A stretch of DNA of 64,000 nt from Blasia pusilla (Eukaryota): positions 30,752,001-30,816,000 of the forward strand of contig CM114271.1 in NCBI GenBank assembly GCA_050084515.1. The letters run 5' to 3'. The stretch's first letter is position 1; every line of letters starts with the position of its first letter. The position numbers and the translations under genes were made by a program. Below, piece after piece: positions 52,696 through 64,000 of the stretch. The notes beneath the pieces are model-generated. The model was not told the DNA's origin. It was given only the letters and a program-made list of their open reading frames with translations, and did no database searches.

Positions 52696-53309
52696 GGTTT
52701 TGTCGGTGGAAAGCGGAAAACACTGGGAGTGGCCTTGAGCGGGTTTTTGAGGGCAGGCCGGTGTGAAGAGGAGTGTGGCTTTCTCGATTCCCCGGGCAGC
52801 AAAAGGATTCGTGAGGTCTTGATCCGAGGAGTGGTTATGAGCGATCGTCGGAGACAAGGGAGGAACGATCAAAGAGTAGAGGAGAGAGAGATACGAGCAA
52901 GCCAGAGATTTCTGGCGCGGGAGATGAGCAACGCTGTGGATGATTGGACCCCCGCATGGTTGTCTGCAGCCTGGTGGCATGCGACAATACCATTCCACGA
53001 CGACGAAACAAGAGACTGATATGCCTCGGCCCGTGCCATCACAATCTGACACTCCGTGATCGAGGAAGCGCTCACGAACAAATAGGGCACAGGCTGTCAT
53101 GTGTATCACTACCTACTTTCATCGATGTCCACTCCTGTGAATGCATACGCCGATCATACTGGGAGCTATTGTCAGTGATCACGAGGACCTTCCTCGCGCT
53201 TCAATTCTTTTTTCCTGAGGAACACTGTCCACGGTAGGCCAGGGATTCTTTGCTCAAGTTTGTGGGTCACGCCCTGAATTTGTGCCCCTAAAAGAGATTG
53301 CACACAGCC

Positions 53310-54626
53310 ATGGCTGTTCGACGTCGACCCAAGTTATCCCTACGTTTGACATGTGAGGAGGAGCCGACTGGTTGCAATCCCGAGTCAGGGACCCACAATG
53401 CCGTAACTCTGAATCCGAATTTGTGGCAGAAGCTGCCAGAGAACCTGATTGAACAGATTCTGGTGAAGTTGCCGTTCTCGAGCTTGATTCGCTTCTGTTG
53501 CGTGTGCAAGAAGTGGAAACTCCTACTTCTCTCGAACGAAATCTTCACTCGTTGCCACTCCTGCAAACCCGTGCTCGTCCATAGCTTGGCAGGGCCGCTC
53601 ACGGTCTACAGCCCGACCAGGGGCGGCTGGGAGAAGCTGTCCGTCTCATATCTGCCGATCGATGTTAGCTCCCTGTCCATGGTTGCATCGGCCGGGGGCT
53701 TGCTTTGTTTCAGCACAGATTCTTACGGAGAGTTCATAGTCTGCAACCCGCTCACAAAGCGCTACAGACGCCTGCAAATGCCTTGTGGAGATGGCCAAGG
53801 ACATGGTGTGCTCGCTCCCTCGCCGTTGCACCTGAACCGAGATGAATCCGGCATGAGCTGCATGATCAGGCTGGGCTATGTGCGAGTGGGCATGGTTTTC
53901 AACGCCTCCACAGGAATTTACAAGCTCATAGTCGCCAGCATCTACGAGGGCTCGGGACGGACCACCCTGGTCTACAACTCTGGCACCTGCACCTGGAAGA
54001 ATGTGGCTGTGGTTCCTCGAGGACGCTTCTTCCGTATGAAGGCCATTCCCTGTGGTGGACACCTTTACTGTGGCATCACCGGCGTGGAAGCAGACGCCGA
54101 TGGGGAGGCCGGAGGATTTGCAAAGCTGGTGAAGTACGATTCGGATAAAGAAACGTGGAGCGCAGTTCTCATTCCTGCGCACTTGGGATTCCCGCGGAAG
54201 CTCGTGGAACACCGGGATCGGTTACTGCTGCTGGCTAGACCTAATTGGCAAATTTCCGAGACGTTCGATTTCTTCGAGCTGCAGGAGTCTGGGCTTCGGA
54301 TGTGGCTGACTGCCAAGCATATGCCCAGGAGGCTCATGGATAGCGTGTACGCGGCGATGAGCAGGCCCAACTATCCCATTCTCCGATCCTACATTAAGTG
54401 CTTCGGGCAGGGAGACATCATGTATTTCGTGGGCATCTGCGTGAAGAGAGCTGAAGCAGATGCGTCGACGAGGGGATGCTCTCGGTCGGTCACGGGTTTG
54501 AGGGTTTGGACTCATGACTTCTCCAGTAACTCGTGCTTGCGATTGTCCGATTGGGAGGATTGGGACCTCGAAAGCGGGCCTCTGTCTTACCATCTGCTGA
54601 GTCCATCGCTGGACGCCTGCGTCTGA
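53310..54626 (+). CDS. F-box protein with kelch-like/FBA beta-propeller C-terminus (438 aa, intronless)
   Basis: LNPNLWQKLPENLIEQILVKLPFSSLIRFCCVCKKW (F-box); MVASAGGLLCF; FIVCNPLTKRYRRL; YKLIVA; TLVYNSGTCTW; GGHLYC; KYDSDKETWS; LVEHRDRLLL. First ATG is at 53310. Confidence 0.93.
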   Translation: MAVRRRPKLSLRLTCEEEPTGCNPESGTHNAVTLNPNLWQKLPENLIEQILVKLPFSSLIRFCCVCKKWKLLLLSNEIFTRCHSCKPVLVHSLAGPLTVYSPTRGGWEKLSVSYLPIDVSSLSMVASAGGLLCFSTDSYGEFIVCNPLTKRYRRLQMPCGDGQGHGVLAPSPLHLNRDESGMSCMIRLGYVRVGMVFNASTGIYKLIVASIYEGSGRTTLVYNSGTCTWKNVAVVPRGRFFRMKAIPCGGHLYCGITGVEADADGEAGGFAKLVKYDSDKETWSAVLIPAHLGFPRKLVEHRDRLLLLARPNWQISETFDFFELQESGLRMWLTAKHMPRRLMDSVYAAMSRPNYPILRSYIKCFGQGDIMYFVGICVKRAEADASTRGCSRSVTGLRVWTHDFSSNSCLRLSDWEDWDLESGPLSYHLLSPSLDACV

Positions 54627-55344
54627 TCGATTAATCGGAGGTGTAGTCGGCCGCATGCTGCCTGTCAGCTTGGCTTAGAAATTCCGTCTAGCGAACGGAT
54701 ATTCAGTGAAGTGCAGAGAAAGATAGTTGCATTGTGTGCGAAGCCAGACCGATTGTCCGTTCACCTCGATTTAGCCCACCACGGAGCAAATTTCACGGCC
54801 ACTGCACCCAACAGTAGTAACAGAGACGGAAAGCAGTCTTCTTCTGGAGCTTGTGTGTGACATGGACACCGCTTCTTTCTTGATCACATGTATGATGTAT
54901 GATTCCCGTCCCTGGAATGTGGAAGTCATCCGGACATTTGAAAAACCCATTTTCAGCAGAGTGCTTCGTCTCTATGAAACCCAATTTAGAATTTACTGAC
55001 AGAATCTGTTGAGGCGAGTCCGACTCCGAATGGCCCAGGGGCTCAATAGATCAGAGAAATGATCCGAGATATGTAACTCGGTATCTGCTGGGCAGGGATT
55101 CAGTTAGTTAGCATCATGCATGCATTAATAGCTATGGTGTTCTTTTCATTTGTACTCAGATTTTGTATGTAGCCTCAGCAGCCCTTAGCTGTTTGTGGCT
55201 CTCGTACCTAAGCTTAGCTCTTTCGTTGTTGTCGAGAAAGAAGATACAGTTTACTTACTACAGCAGCAGTCCTATATTTCAGGAGTTCCATAGACTGCAG
55301 TGCAGCATGGTGTAGAAGAGTTTTCGAGATATTGACTTTGTGCA

Positions 55345-55900
55345 CAGGTGGTCCAATCTTTGCAACTAACTATTTGTGCGACCGACATGGACTTCTCCAA
55401 CCATAACCTGCCACCAGCCTCCTGCCAGCCATCAAACTTGAGAATCTTCAGACTGGTTTCTCATCCGTTGTCATGAGTGAACAATTCGATTCACAGCTCT
55501 CTGCGCCGTCTCTCGTGTTTGCTTCTTGCATGTTTTTCACGAGAAGGACTCACAGAGTCGGGAGGTACCGGACGAGAGGACAGAAGTGGAGGGATTCATG
55601 GGGTTTACACTTCTACCAGCTTGGAGTCCCTTGTGATGAAGAAGTGCCTTCGGCGTTGGGCCGCCATGGATAAACTAAGGCAACCATTTTTTCATTCATA
55701 ATTCCTCCCTCAAGAGACTACAAACCCACTCTTTTGGGGCCGATTCCGGGTTCACTCACTCGACGAATTGCGCCATGTCCTCTGCTTCTTACACCGGTGA
55801 GTGAGGTAGGCATGCGTGGGTCCTTGGAAGTGTGGAAAGTCTTCAACTTTGGTATACAATCCTGGATACTGCCATCCGGAATCCAGTGTCAAGAATGAGC
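55345..55900 (+). pseudogene. Possible decayed F-box paralog, cut off next to a gypsy remnant
   Basis: Ordered fragments RWSNL, SVVMSEQF, FFIHNSSLKR (cf. FIVCNPLTKR) and CGKSSTLVYNPG (cf. SGRTTLVYNSG in the neighbouring gene). Confidence 0.35.
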
Positions 55901-56245
55901 ACACGAGAACAAAGCCTGAAGGGCAGGGGCCAAACTACATATCAACGCAACGTTCTGATGGGTGGGATCATGGGACGGTCCTCTCGTTTTTAGGACAAGA
56001 ACGTTTCCCTTCAGATCTCCCCGAGTGGACAGATGATGACCTCCGATCCTGCACAGGAATCACTACCCCCAGTTATAATTTGGAAGCACTACAATCTAAA
56101 CTAAGGTGAGGTATTCTTAAGCATTCAAAGGGATTCAAAGATGGTGAATGTGGGTCCACAAGCCATGAGGTTATATGCATACGAAGAGATAACACACCCC
56201 AAATGTGACTTAAGTTTGCCCTCAATAATGACTATGCTCTATGCT

Positions 56246-58080
56246 CTAGAGTAAGAAAGACGAGACATGAATAAAAGAAGAGGTTTTTGGTATCATCGAA
56301 AAACCTTTCTGCTCAAAGGGTAGTTGGATTTGGACCTCATTGTCCCCTATCCGATTCGCCAACTTCAAAAGTTCTGCGCACATCTTTGGTAACTCCAACA
56401 TCCTAAAGAGGTCCTTCTCCGCACTCGGCGTAAGTCCACCAAAGAATATCACTTTCTTTGCAAACACGTTGATCTTAGGAAGTGAGTTCAATTTTCCATT
56501 GAACTCCCACACATAAGCGCTTAGGGATTCAGGTTTCCACAAATGCACAAACTCTACACCATCTTGAAACTCTTGATACTCCAGAGTGAATTGGTCACCA
56601 TTTAACACCTTGAACTCCTCCCAACTCAAAAGATGATCGATTGGCTAAATGTTCTTCTCGATGAATTTACCACCACTAGAGCGTATGATCCTTAAGAGAC
56701 ATGATTGCCACGGTCACTTTACCTTGCTCCGCTGCCCTTTGCACCAATTAAGTTAAGCTCCAACTTCGTAAAGAACTTCTTCACTTTCCAAGATGCCCCA
56801 TTCTCTTGAATGGTGTTGACAAATTCGTCTGACAGAACTTCCTACTAGAACTAGAAGCTCTATCTGACTCAAGCTCGGCAATCCACTTACTCTACTCTGT
56901 CATTTTCTTCAACATAAGCTTCAGCAAGTCCATCATTTGGATATATAACACCGAGTCACTTGAGATTGGAGCTGACAGCCCCGCAGAAGGATTTGCATTT
57001 GAGACAACCTCATATCTGGAGCTTCGCACCTCGGAAGTCACTATCTCCTTCTTTGGCTTTTGGATTGGCACTGGTTCATCTCTCAGCATTTTTCACTTAA
57101 GTTGAGGCTTCTGTGGTTCTTCACCCTTGATTAGTCACCATCCTTAATCCTGGTCCATTCAGATCTCCTCTTTGTCTCTTGCATTCCTCTACAAGCGTCT
57201 AGATCTTATTGCTACCTTGAGTTCTCCCCAAGCATCTAGTTCTCATTGCTACCTTGAGTACTCCCCAAGTGTCCACTTGTTGCTATGACCTCAAGTTCAC
57301 GTTTATCAAAGCTTTGCTCACATACCACTTGTAGTACGCTTACTCCTCCTCAACGTCAATCTCAAGTGTTGCGGGAGCGTACTTTCAGTAAGACACGCTC
57401 ACATTGATGATCTGCATCCAAACACACTTATATTAGTTTGGTCTAGGTCAACAAGCCTTCCAACTTCTTGAGTCCTTGACCTGGCCCTTCCATCAATCTC
57501 ACCCTCCTAGTTCCTCACTTCCCAACACGGGCAAGTCTTCTAGACTTCCCAAGTCTAAGAAGACTTGCGACAAACTTTTTGGATAGTCCAAACACCTAAA
57601 ACCGCGTTCATACGTCTAGCAATCCCAACTATCCAATAGACCTCACATGAGTCCCTAATCAAGACCCAAAAAATAAGTCGGGGGTCGGAATCCAACAATG
57701 ACCTTCAAAATTCACTCCCTTGGACTTGGATAGGGGTTCGCACCCCAACGCCAACCTCCCGATCCATTCCGTGCCCTTGGTTTGCCTCATGGATCCCCAA
57801 AGGGGAGTTCAAATCTGAAGTACCCTTGGAGACGCTCCCCTTTACTAGTAGTTCACGGGTTCTCCGTTCCCTCTATCTCTAGAAGAAGGACTCTTGAGCC
57901 GCTCTTTTTGGCCCTCAACCCGACTCCAAGTTAAGCCATTTTTGGATAGTTTCTCAACTTCTACTTATGTTTTTGTCATGATTTTTAGTGCGTTGAAACC
58001 GACTTTGCATAAGTTTTCCAACGCCACCTTATTCATCTTAAACGCATCTGAGGTATGAAAGTTATGGTCCAAAATATAGA
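56246..58080 (-). mobile_element. Ty3/gypsy fragment: truncated 5' LTR (~58080-57330), tRNA-iMet-type PBS, degraded gag
   Basis: LTR ends ...GTACTACA at 57330, followed by AG-TGGTATGTGAGC (decayed TGGTATCAGAGC). Gag SWEEFK...AYVWEFN...KKVIFFGGL. The LTR is a diverged relative of solo LTRs A and B. Confidence 0.85.
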
Positions 58081-59039
58081 ACCTTCTTGAAGTTAAAGGA
58101 GGTGTTTAGTCACTAAATGGTTATAGAGTGGACAGTGGGTGAAGAACATGCACTTCTAGGGATCGGTTTTTTTTTTGCATATAGAATATTCATATTTTTG
58201 ATGTTTAGAGAACATTAAGTTTTTAATGATATTTCCATGTTGAAAAAAAATGTGTCACATCAATGATGGGACGTCCACTAAAAAATTTGGATTCAGATAT
58301 TTTTTTGAAGATTCCGATGCAAAACTTTGTTGCAAGTGCTTATTTATGAGTGTCTTGCAATTATATTGTGAAACCTTTACAATTGTAGTGGTCTTTGCGA
58401 GTGTTCCTTTTTAGCGAGTCTTTAGAATTGCAATGAACTTTTGTTTGTTCTTGAGTCCAACTCGCTAATTACTTAAAAAATGAATCTATTTTCTAAGTGT
58501 GTGAACTTGCCATGTACTTGCAAGTACGTGGAAAATGAGACTTATATATAACTTAGGTCTAAACTTGCAAATTCAACCGACTCCCAACGAACTTGGAGAA
58601 TACTCACGATAAATGAAAAGTAGTTGAATATCCTCCCCAACACCTCCTTATTTTCCACCTTTTCATCTACCATTTGTTGGGTCGTGCACCTCTTTGGAAT
58701 CATTTGTAGACCTAGAACGCAAGGAAGTCCTATCACTTTTCATTCTCTCTAAGTGATTCTTCCATAATTTTCTTCTCTTAGTTATCCTTGAAGCGGATGT
58801 GATAGTGAGGTTATTGGCGATGTTTGCGAGAATATTTGCCAAGAAAAGTGGATGTGCAAGCAAGTATTTGCACATTGGGATATACTTTGGGACCAGATTT
58901 ACTGGCCTCATGGTCATGGTGCTTATCAGATTTCTACTTCTTGTAATAATATTTTTTCTTCTTTGTTTGATTAGAAATTAAAGATTGCATTTTTCTGCTA
59001 TTAACGTGGGATTATCTATGAGTCGCGTCGGTTCTGCGG

Positions 59040-59233
59040 CTCAGTTGAAAGCCACGAGCCCCTTCGAACTCACCAACCTGATCGGTAAAGCTCTTATTTT
59101 TATTTCCGACAGTGAGGTTTACCATTTATCCACCTTCAAACAGGTAGTTGGGGGCGACACCGGAAGAACAAAATTGAAACAGGCATATGCTGGAAGTGGT
59201 TTCCGTGGTAAATTATCAATAATTAATTGGTGA
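59040..59233 (+). pseudogene. Fragment resembling D5/P4-family SF3 primase-helicase (Walker B and B' region)
   Basis: SPFELTNLIGKALIFISDSEVYHLSTFKQVVGGDTGRTKLKQ fits the pattern FE.xNLxGKxLIxISDxE.Y..LSxxKxxxGGD..xxK recalled for phage/plasmid primases. Confidence 0.6.
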
Positions 59234-59461
59234 TTAATCGATAATTTATGATCTAATTTGACTGTAATTAGTCTGATCGGTAAAGCTCTTATTTTTATTT
59301 CCGACAGTGAGGTTTACCATTTATCCACCTTCAAACAGGTAGTTGGGGGCGACACCGGAAGAACAAAATTGAAACAGGCCTATGCTAGAAGTGGTTTCCA
59401 TGGTAAATTATCAATAATTAATTGGTGATTAATCGATAATTTATGATCTAATTTGACTGTA
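59078..59461. repeat. Near-identical tandem duplication, 189-bp unit, period 195 bp
   Basis: CTGATCGGTAAAGCTC...ATTTGACTGTA at 59078-59266 and 59273-59461, with only a few substitutions. Confidence 0.97.
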
Positions 59462-59726
59462 TGCTCCCTCCCATCCTAAAAATAACTGAATAAAATTATC
59501 TCCAGTTACCAACATAAGCATAAAAAAAGTAAAAATTGACAAATAGCAAAAGAAACGCGGACTATGCGGATCCTCAGACATATATTTGAATCACTTTGGA
59601 GATCCTTCATAATGACAATTTCTTGGTTATTTATATTCCAAGAACTAACACTAACTTGTATGTCATAGCATGAGGTGCTACATCTACATAAGGAGGGGGG
59701 CACAAGGTTTTCTAACAGTAGCGCAA

Positions 59727-60446
<720 letters not shown>

Positions 60447-61599
60447 ATGAACATTCATATGGATATTCCAATAGAGGTCCAAGTGGTGGATGAGGGACAG
60501 TGTGGAAGGAAGATAGATCATTATTTGGACTCCATATCACAAAGTTTTGAGGAGGAGGAAGTTGGACCTTGAAATTGATAGAGACACATGCATCCTTATG
60601 GTGCATGTGTTTGTCGTGTGCGCATACACATCGTTACACAATCCACATCATTGAGCACATGTATGCAACTAACATAATTGATCTTCCCAATACACAAGTA
60701 GATTCATACATATGAAAAAATACACTTGTACTTGTACACCAAGAGCACATAACAAAATCCAAGAGAAATTGGCTTACACAACCATTTGGAGAGATTTTCT
60801 CTACTTTTGGCTGACAATTATACCTGCATCTTAATATTTAATTGTAATTTTCAATTATCTAAATTATGTGGATGATGATAATAATGTTTATATTGTAGCA
60901 ATGTGAATGTAAACTTCACCAAAAAGAATGAACATCCTTTATAATTTATGGAAAAATTTGAAGAAAAGAAACTTTATTCTTAAATTTAAAAAATGGACAA
61001 AAATCAAGGTATCCTAAACAAATACCCATTTCCAATGGTGAAAAGATGAATTAATCTAGGTTGCAATCTTCATAACAAAATATGAGGCAAAGTGTAGTAT
61101 TATTATAACTCTAATAGATTCATAGTGAATCGAAGTCTCATTAGTTGCAAAAAGGAAATATGAGCCTAAATTGATATCTCCAATGATATCGATTACAACC
61201 CAAAAGGGGAATAGTAAAATGTAAGATAAAATTTAATAGAGTTTAAATCCCACAAGAGTTGAATTCTATGAGACGATAACCTAACTTGGAATCTAATAGA
61301 ACATTGATGGTTTTTGGTGTATAAGTTGTATTTATAATGAATAAGATTGGGTTAAAAAGTTGTGATGAGCCTACTCCAACGTATCAAAGATTTTTACATT
61401 TTTAAATATTGGAAGAAAAAAATATTGGCAAACGCCCAAAGCTTTCAAATAATAATTTTAATTAAAATGACGAGTAGATAAAATATCTATGAACATGTAT
61501 AAAAGGAGGAGGGTTTCAAAGCCATTATGGGAAACATAAGGTTTGAACGGAGGATATGAGGTTGGCACTGGAATCTCGTCACATCGTTTGTTAAATGAG

Positions 61600-62760
61600 G
61601 AGACCAAGCTACGCCAGAAATGTACTCAAACCGCGAGAAATGTACTCAAAACCTCTTAGAAGCGCGACTTTCCCTAGCTTGTGAATGTTTGTGCGATCAC
61701 CTGCAGAAAAATTCCACGATGATAAAGTACCTACAAGGCCTACAAGCTCAATGTGGATTTTCAAAGAGAGCAGTTCTCCATTCTCATCCCAGATCCCTGT
61801 TGGCTCCACCAATGTTGGGCAGGAGAGTCGATAGAACTAACTAAAACAATTGACAGCCTGCGTTCCCAGTGAGCATAGCTCCAGTCAAGTGCAGAAAAAT
61901 ATCGCAGGTCGCAATATTTTCTGCACTTGACTGCCAGAGCAATAATCCATTTTTTGTGGCTCAATATAGCCAGAGTACCGTTAAATTCAACCATGAAGTT
62001 ATACCATCTCTTCTGGATAGAGATAAAAGAGAAAGAGATACTACTCCACAGATTGGATACCAACAGTACGAGTTGATCAAGCTTTCCATTGGAGAGAAAC
62101 TCTTTTAACAATCTTCCTCCTACTTGACATTCCACAACTTTGAACGACTTTGAGTTACAGTGTGAAGGTTGGTCGGTTGGAAACCAACATAGGAAGATGG
62201 ACTGCCGAAACAATCTGGGTCACTGAGACCTATGATTCCGAGTAATCTATGTACAGACAGAGTAAACTTTACATTCGGGCACTCTTCATACTACATGGAG
62301 GTTCCAAGGAGCCCTGCTACTGCACACCGGGATCTTACATATCAGTGCTCTATCTGATAATTGGAGTGTTGGTGCAGATAGTTGGTGGCCAGAAGGCACT
62401 TCGATCTAACACATTCCTACAAATGTATGCCTCCCCTAGCAACTCTATTGCCCAGATCAGCATTCACTGGGGAAGTGGAACCAATAACATGGTCACGACG
62501 GATAGATGACTTAGTCGAGCAAGACTCCCGACAAAATCCTACTGACGGAAGCCGTGGAACGGATTTCGAGTCGTGTCAACTCACAATTGTCGACGATCAG
62601 TGCTTTGAGGCTTTCTGGAAAGAAGACATCACAATGGGCGTTCTTGTTAAAAGAGGGTTCTGCACCACCGCCTCAACTGACGCCTGCCACGTCAATATGA
62701 TGGACCAAGAGGGCAGCGAAACCCACTACACTTGCCACAGATTCTTGTTGTAATCTTCCA
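61600..62760 (+). pseudogene. Possible decayed F-box/kelch-type paralog, convergent with the 62907 gene
   Basis: PEMYSK (locally duplicated) and NLLEARLS (F-box-like start); VTETYDSE; GTLHTTW..GILHISALSDNW..WWPEG; multiple stops and frameshifts. Confidence 0.35.
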
Positions 62761-62906
62761 CACCACGTGGATTTTCTCAGGACCTCAGCCAGCCCTTAGT
62801 TGAACCTGCATTGTCGGTCAAAGAGCTCTTCAATTTCTACTCGACTTTCTTTCACAAGCCAAAGAAGCGAGGCACAAAGTTCAAGCGGCCTTCCAAGCGT
62901 ATACTC

Positions 62907-63998
62907 TCACACGAGAATACGCAGAGAAGGCTGGAAGGAATAAAATCCGAGCGGGAACTTGGTCCAGCCATGCCAACTCACATTACGTTTATCTACTTCA
63001 TAATCTGGTAGCCAGCAACAAGTTTTTTTGGAGTTGTCATAATGGAGTACTCTCCAGCCCTTGTCGTTCTCCTCTCGGTAGAATCCAACTTCAAAGACCA
63101 TATCATCATGTCCTACATGACCGCACCTATGGAAACCGGACATGAACTTGGTGCCTAGAGGTTCTTTCATCTCGTCGATGAGAGTTGCCATGTCTTCTAG
63201 CACGACCACCCACATTTCATCCCTACATTCCTGAAGCTTGTAGAATGTATTACAGCCCAAGGGCGACTTGGCCGGTTCTCTAACAACCAGTAACAATTCT
63301 TGCTGGTGCTCCAAGAGCTCCAGAAAAGGCCCAAAATGCCTCGGAACCCAAAATTGACTCCATGTCTGGTTATCTAAGTTGTACTTCAACACCCTGTAAT
63401 GGTTCAACTCTCTACCGTCTCCTCGTACTAGGCAATAGAGATATCCGTTGACACAGAGGCTCCTTCCAGCGTAGGCAGAATCCGAGTTTCCAAGTGGTAG
63501 ACGAGAACCCAGTGCCCAAGAAAACGTTCGAGAATCATAAACTAGTGTGGTCCACAAAGAGCCCTTGTACAAGCCTGCAATGACGAGGTTATACTTTTCC
63601 TCGTGCTGTCGGACGACCATCCCCACAAGCAAATTTCTCCCCGAGATCACATCCTGGTGTAACCTGCCTTTCCTGATCCACGGCGGTGCTGGCATATGAT
63701 TCTCTCGCCCATTTCCTTGTTTCCTCGGCAACCGCAGTTCTCTCCATTTTCTGGTGATGGGATTGCACACAAAGAACTGTCCGAATATGCAAGTATCGAA
63801 TAGAAGAAGTCCGCCAGCCGACGCTACCAGAGACAGAGATTCATACAGAGAGGGAGAGTTTGCCCACACCTCGGCCTGTAGAAAAGCGAGAGAATGTCTC
63901 TGCCAATCGTTACACACCGAGTTGAACACTGTGAAAGACCCATCCCATGTATTGAAGTACACAGGCACACATTTGGAGATGTTTTGAGAAAGAAGGGA
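62907..63998 (-). CDS. F-box/kelch-type protein, paralog of 53310-54626; N-terminus (F-box) beyond window edge
   Basis: Frame is open to the window end (SLLSQNISKCVPVYF...); LVASAGGLLLF, FFVCNPITRKWREL, LVGMV..YNLVIAGLY..TTLVYDS, GYLYC, KYNLDNQTWS, LLEHQQELLL, FQPSL*, all collinear with the + strand gene. Confidence 0.9.
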   Translation of the reverse strand, partial: SLLSQNISKCVPVYFNTWDGSFTVFNSVCNDWQRHSLAFLQAEVWANSPSLYESLSLVASAGGLLLFDTCIFGQFFVCNPITRKWRELRLPRKQGNGRENHMPAPPWIRKGRLHQDVISGRNLLVGMVVRQHEEKYNLVIAGLYKGSLWTTLVYDSRTFSWALGSRLPLGNSDSAYAGRSLCVNGYLYCLVRGDGRELNHYRVLKYNLDNQTWSQFWVPRHFGPFLELLEHQQELLLVVREPAKSPLGCNTFYKLQECRDEMWVVVLEDMATLIDEMKEPLGTKFMSGFHRCGHVGHDDMVFEVGFYREENDKGWRVLHYDNSKKTCCWLPDYEVDKRNVSWHGWTKFPLGFYSFQPSLRILV

Positions 63999-64000
63999 GA

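Noticed and set aside
53298-53309. ORF-track start at TTG 53298, and GTG 63968 for the last gene
   Set aside because: Eukaryotic genes: the first ATG is at 53310, and the last ORF is open to the window edge so its start lies outside.
58542-58917. EVLGRIFNYF resembles the segment before a Helitron HUH motif
   Set aside because: No EFQxRG/HUH or other collinear motifs follow.

Overview
Nuclear DNA of a land plant, most likely a non-seed plant such as a bryophyte or fern (inferred from the style of the F-box genes, RTE-X-like LINE ends and long (AG)n tracts). The window is AT-rich and dominated by decayed transposons. Well-supported genes: (1) an intronless L-type lectin receptor-like kinase (16162-20070, +) that looks like a pseudokinase, with a tandemly duplicated catalytic loop and a ~520-aa S/P/K-rich tail; (2) two F-box/kelch-type genes (53310-54626 +; 62907 to the window edge, -), surrounded by several probable decayed paralogs. 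Mobile DNA: a decayed intron-containing canonical Helitron (~2140-7198, +); a very different, apparently intronless Helitron2/Helentron-type Rep-PIF1 element (~24250-30835, -) whose putative 5' hairpin motif recurs elsewhere in the window; a complete 240-bp mini-Helitron; two solo LTRs with 5-bp TSDs but non-canonical TT...CA ends; two Ty3/gypsy gag remnants with PBS; a copia RNase H remnant; two LINE 3' ends; hAT-like MITE ends; and an LTR-like family carrying (AG)n. The most unexpected item is a tandemly duplicated fragment resembling a phage/plasmid D5 (P4-type) SF3 primase-helicase at 59040-59461. All calls are from reading the sequence by eye; no searches were run, and no complete novel system can be demonstrated.
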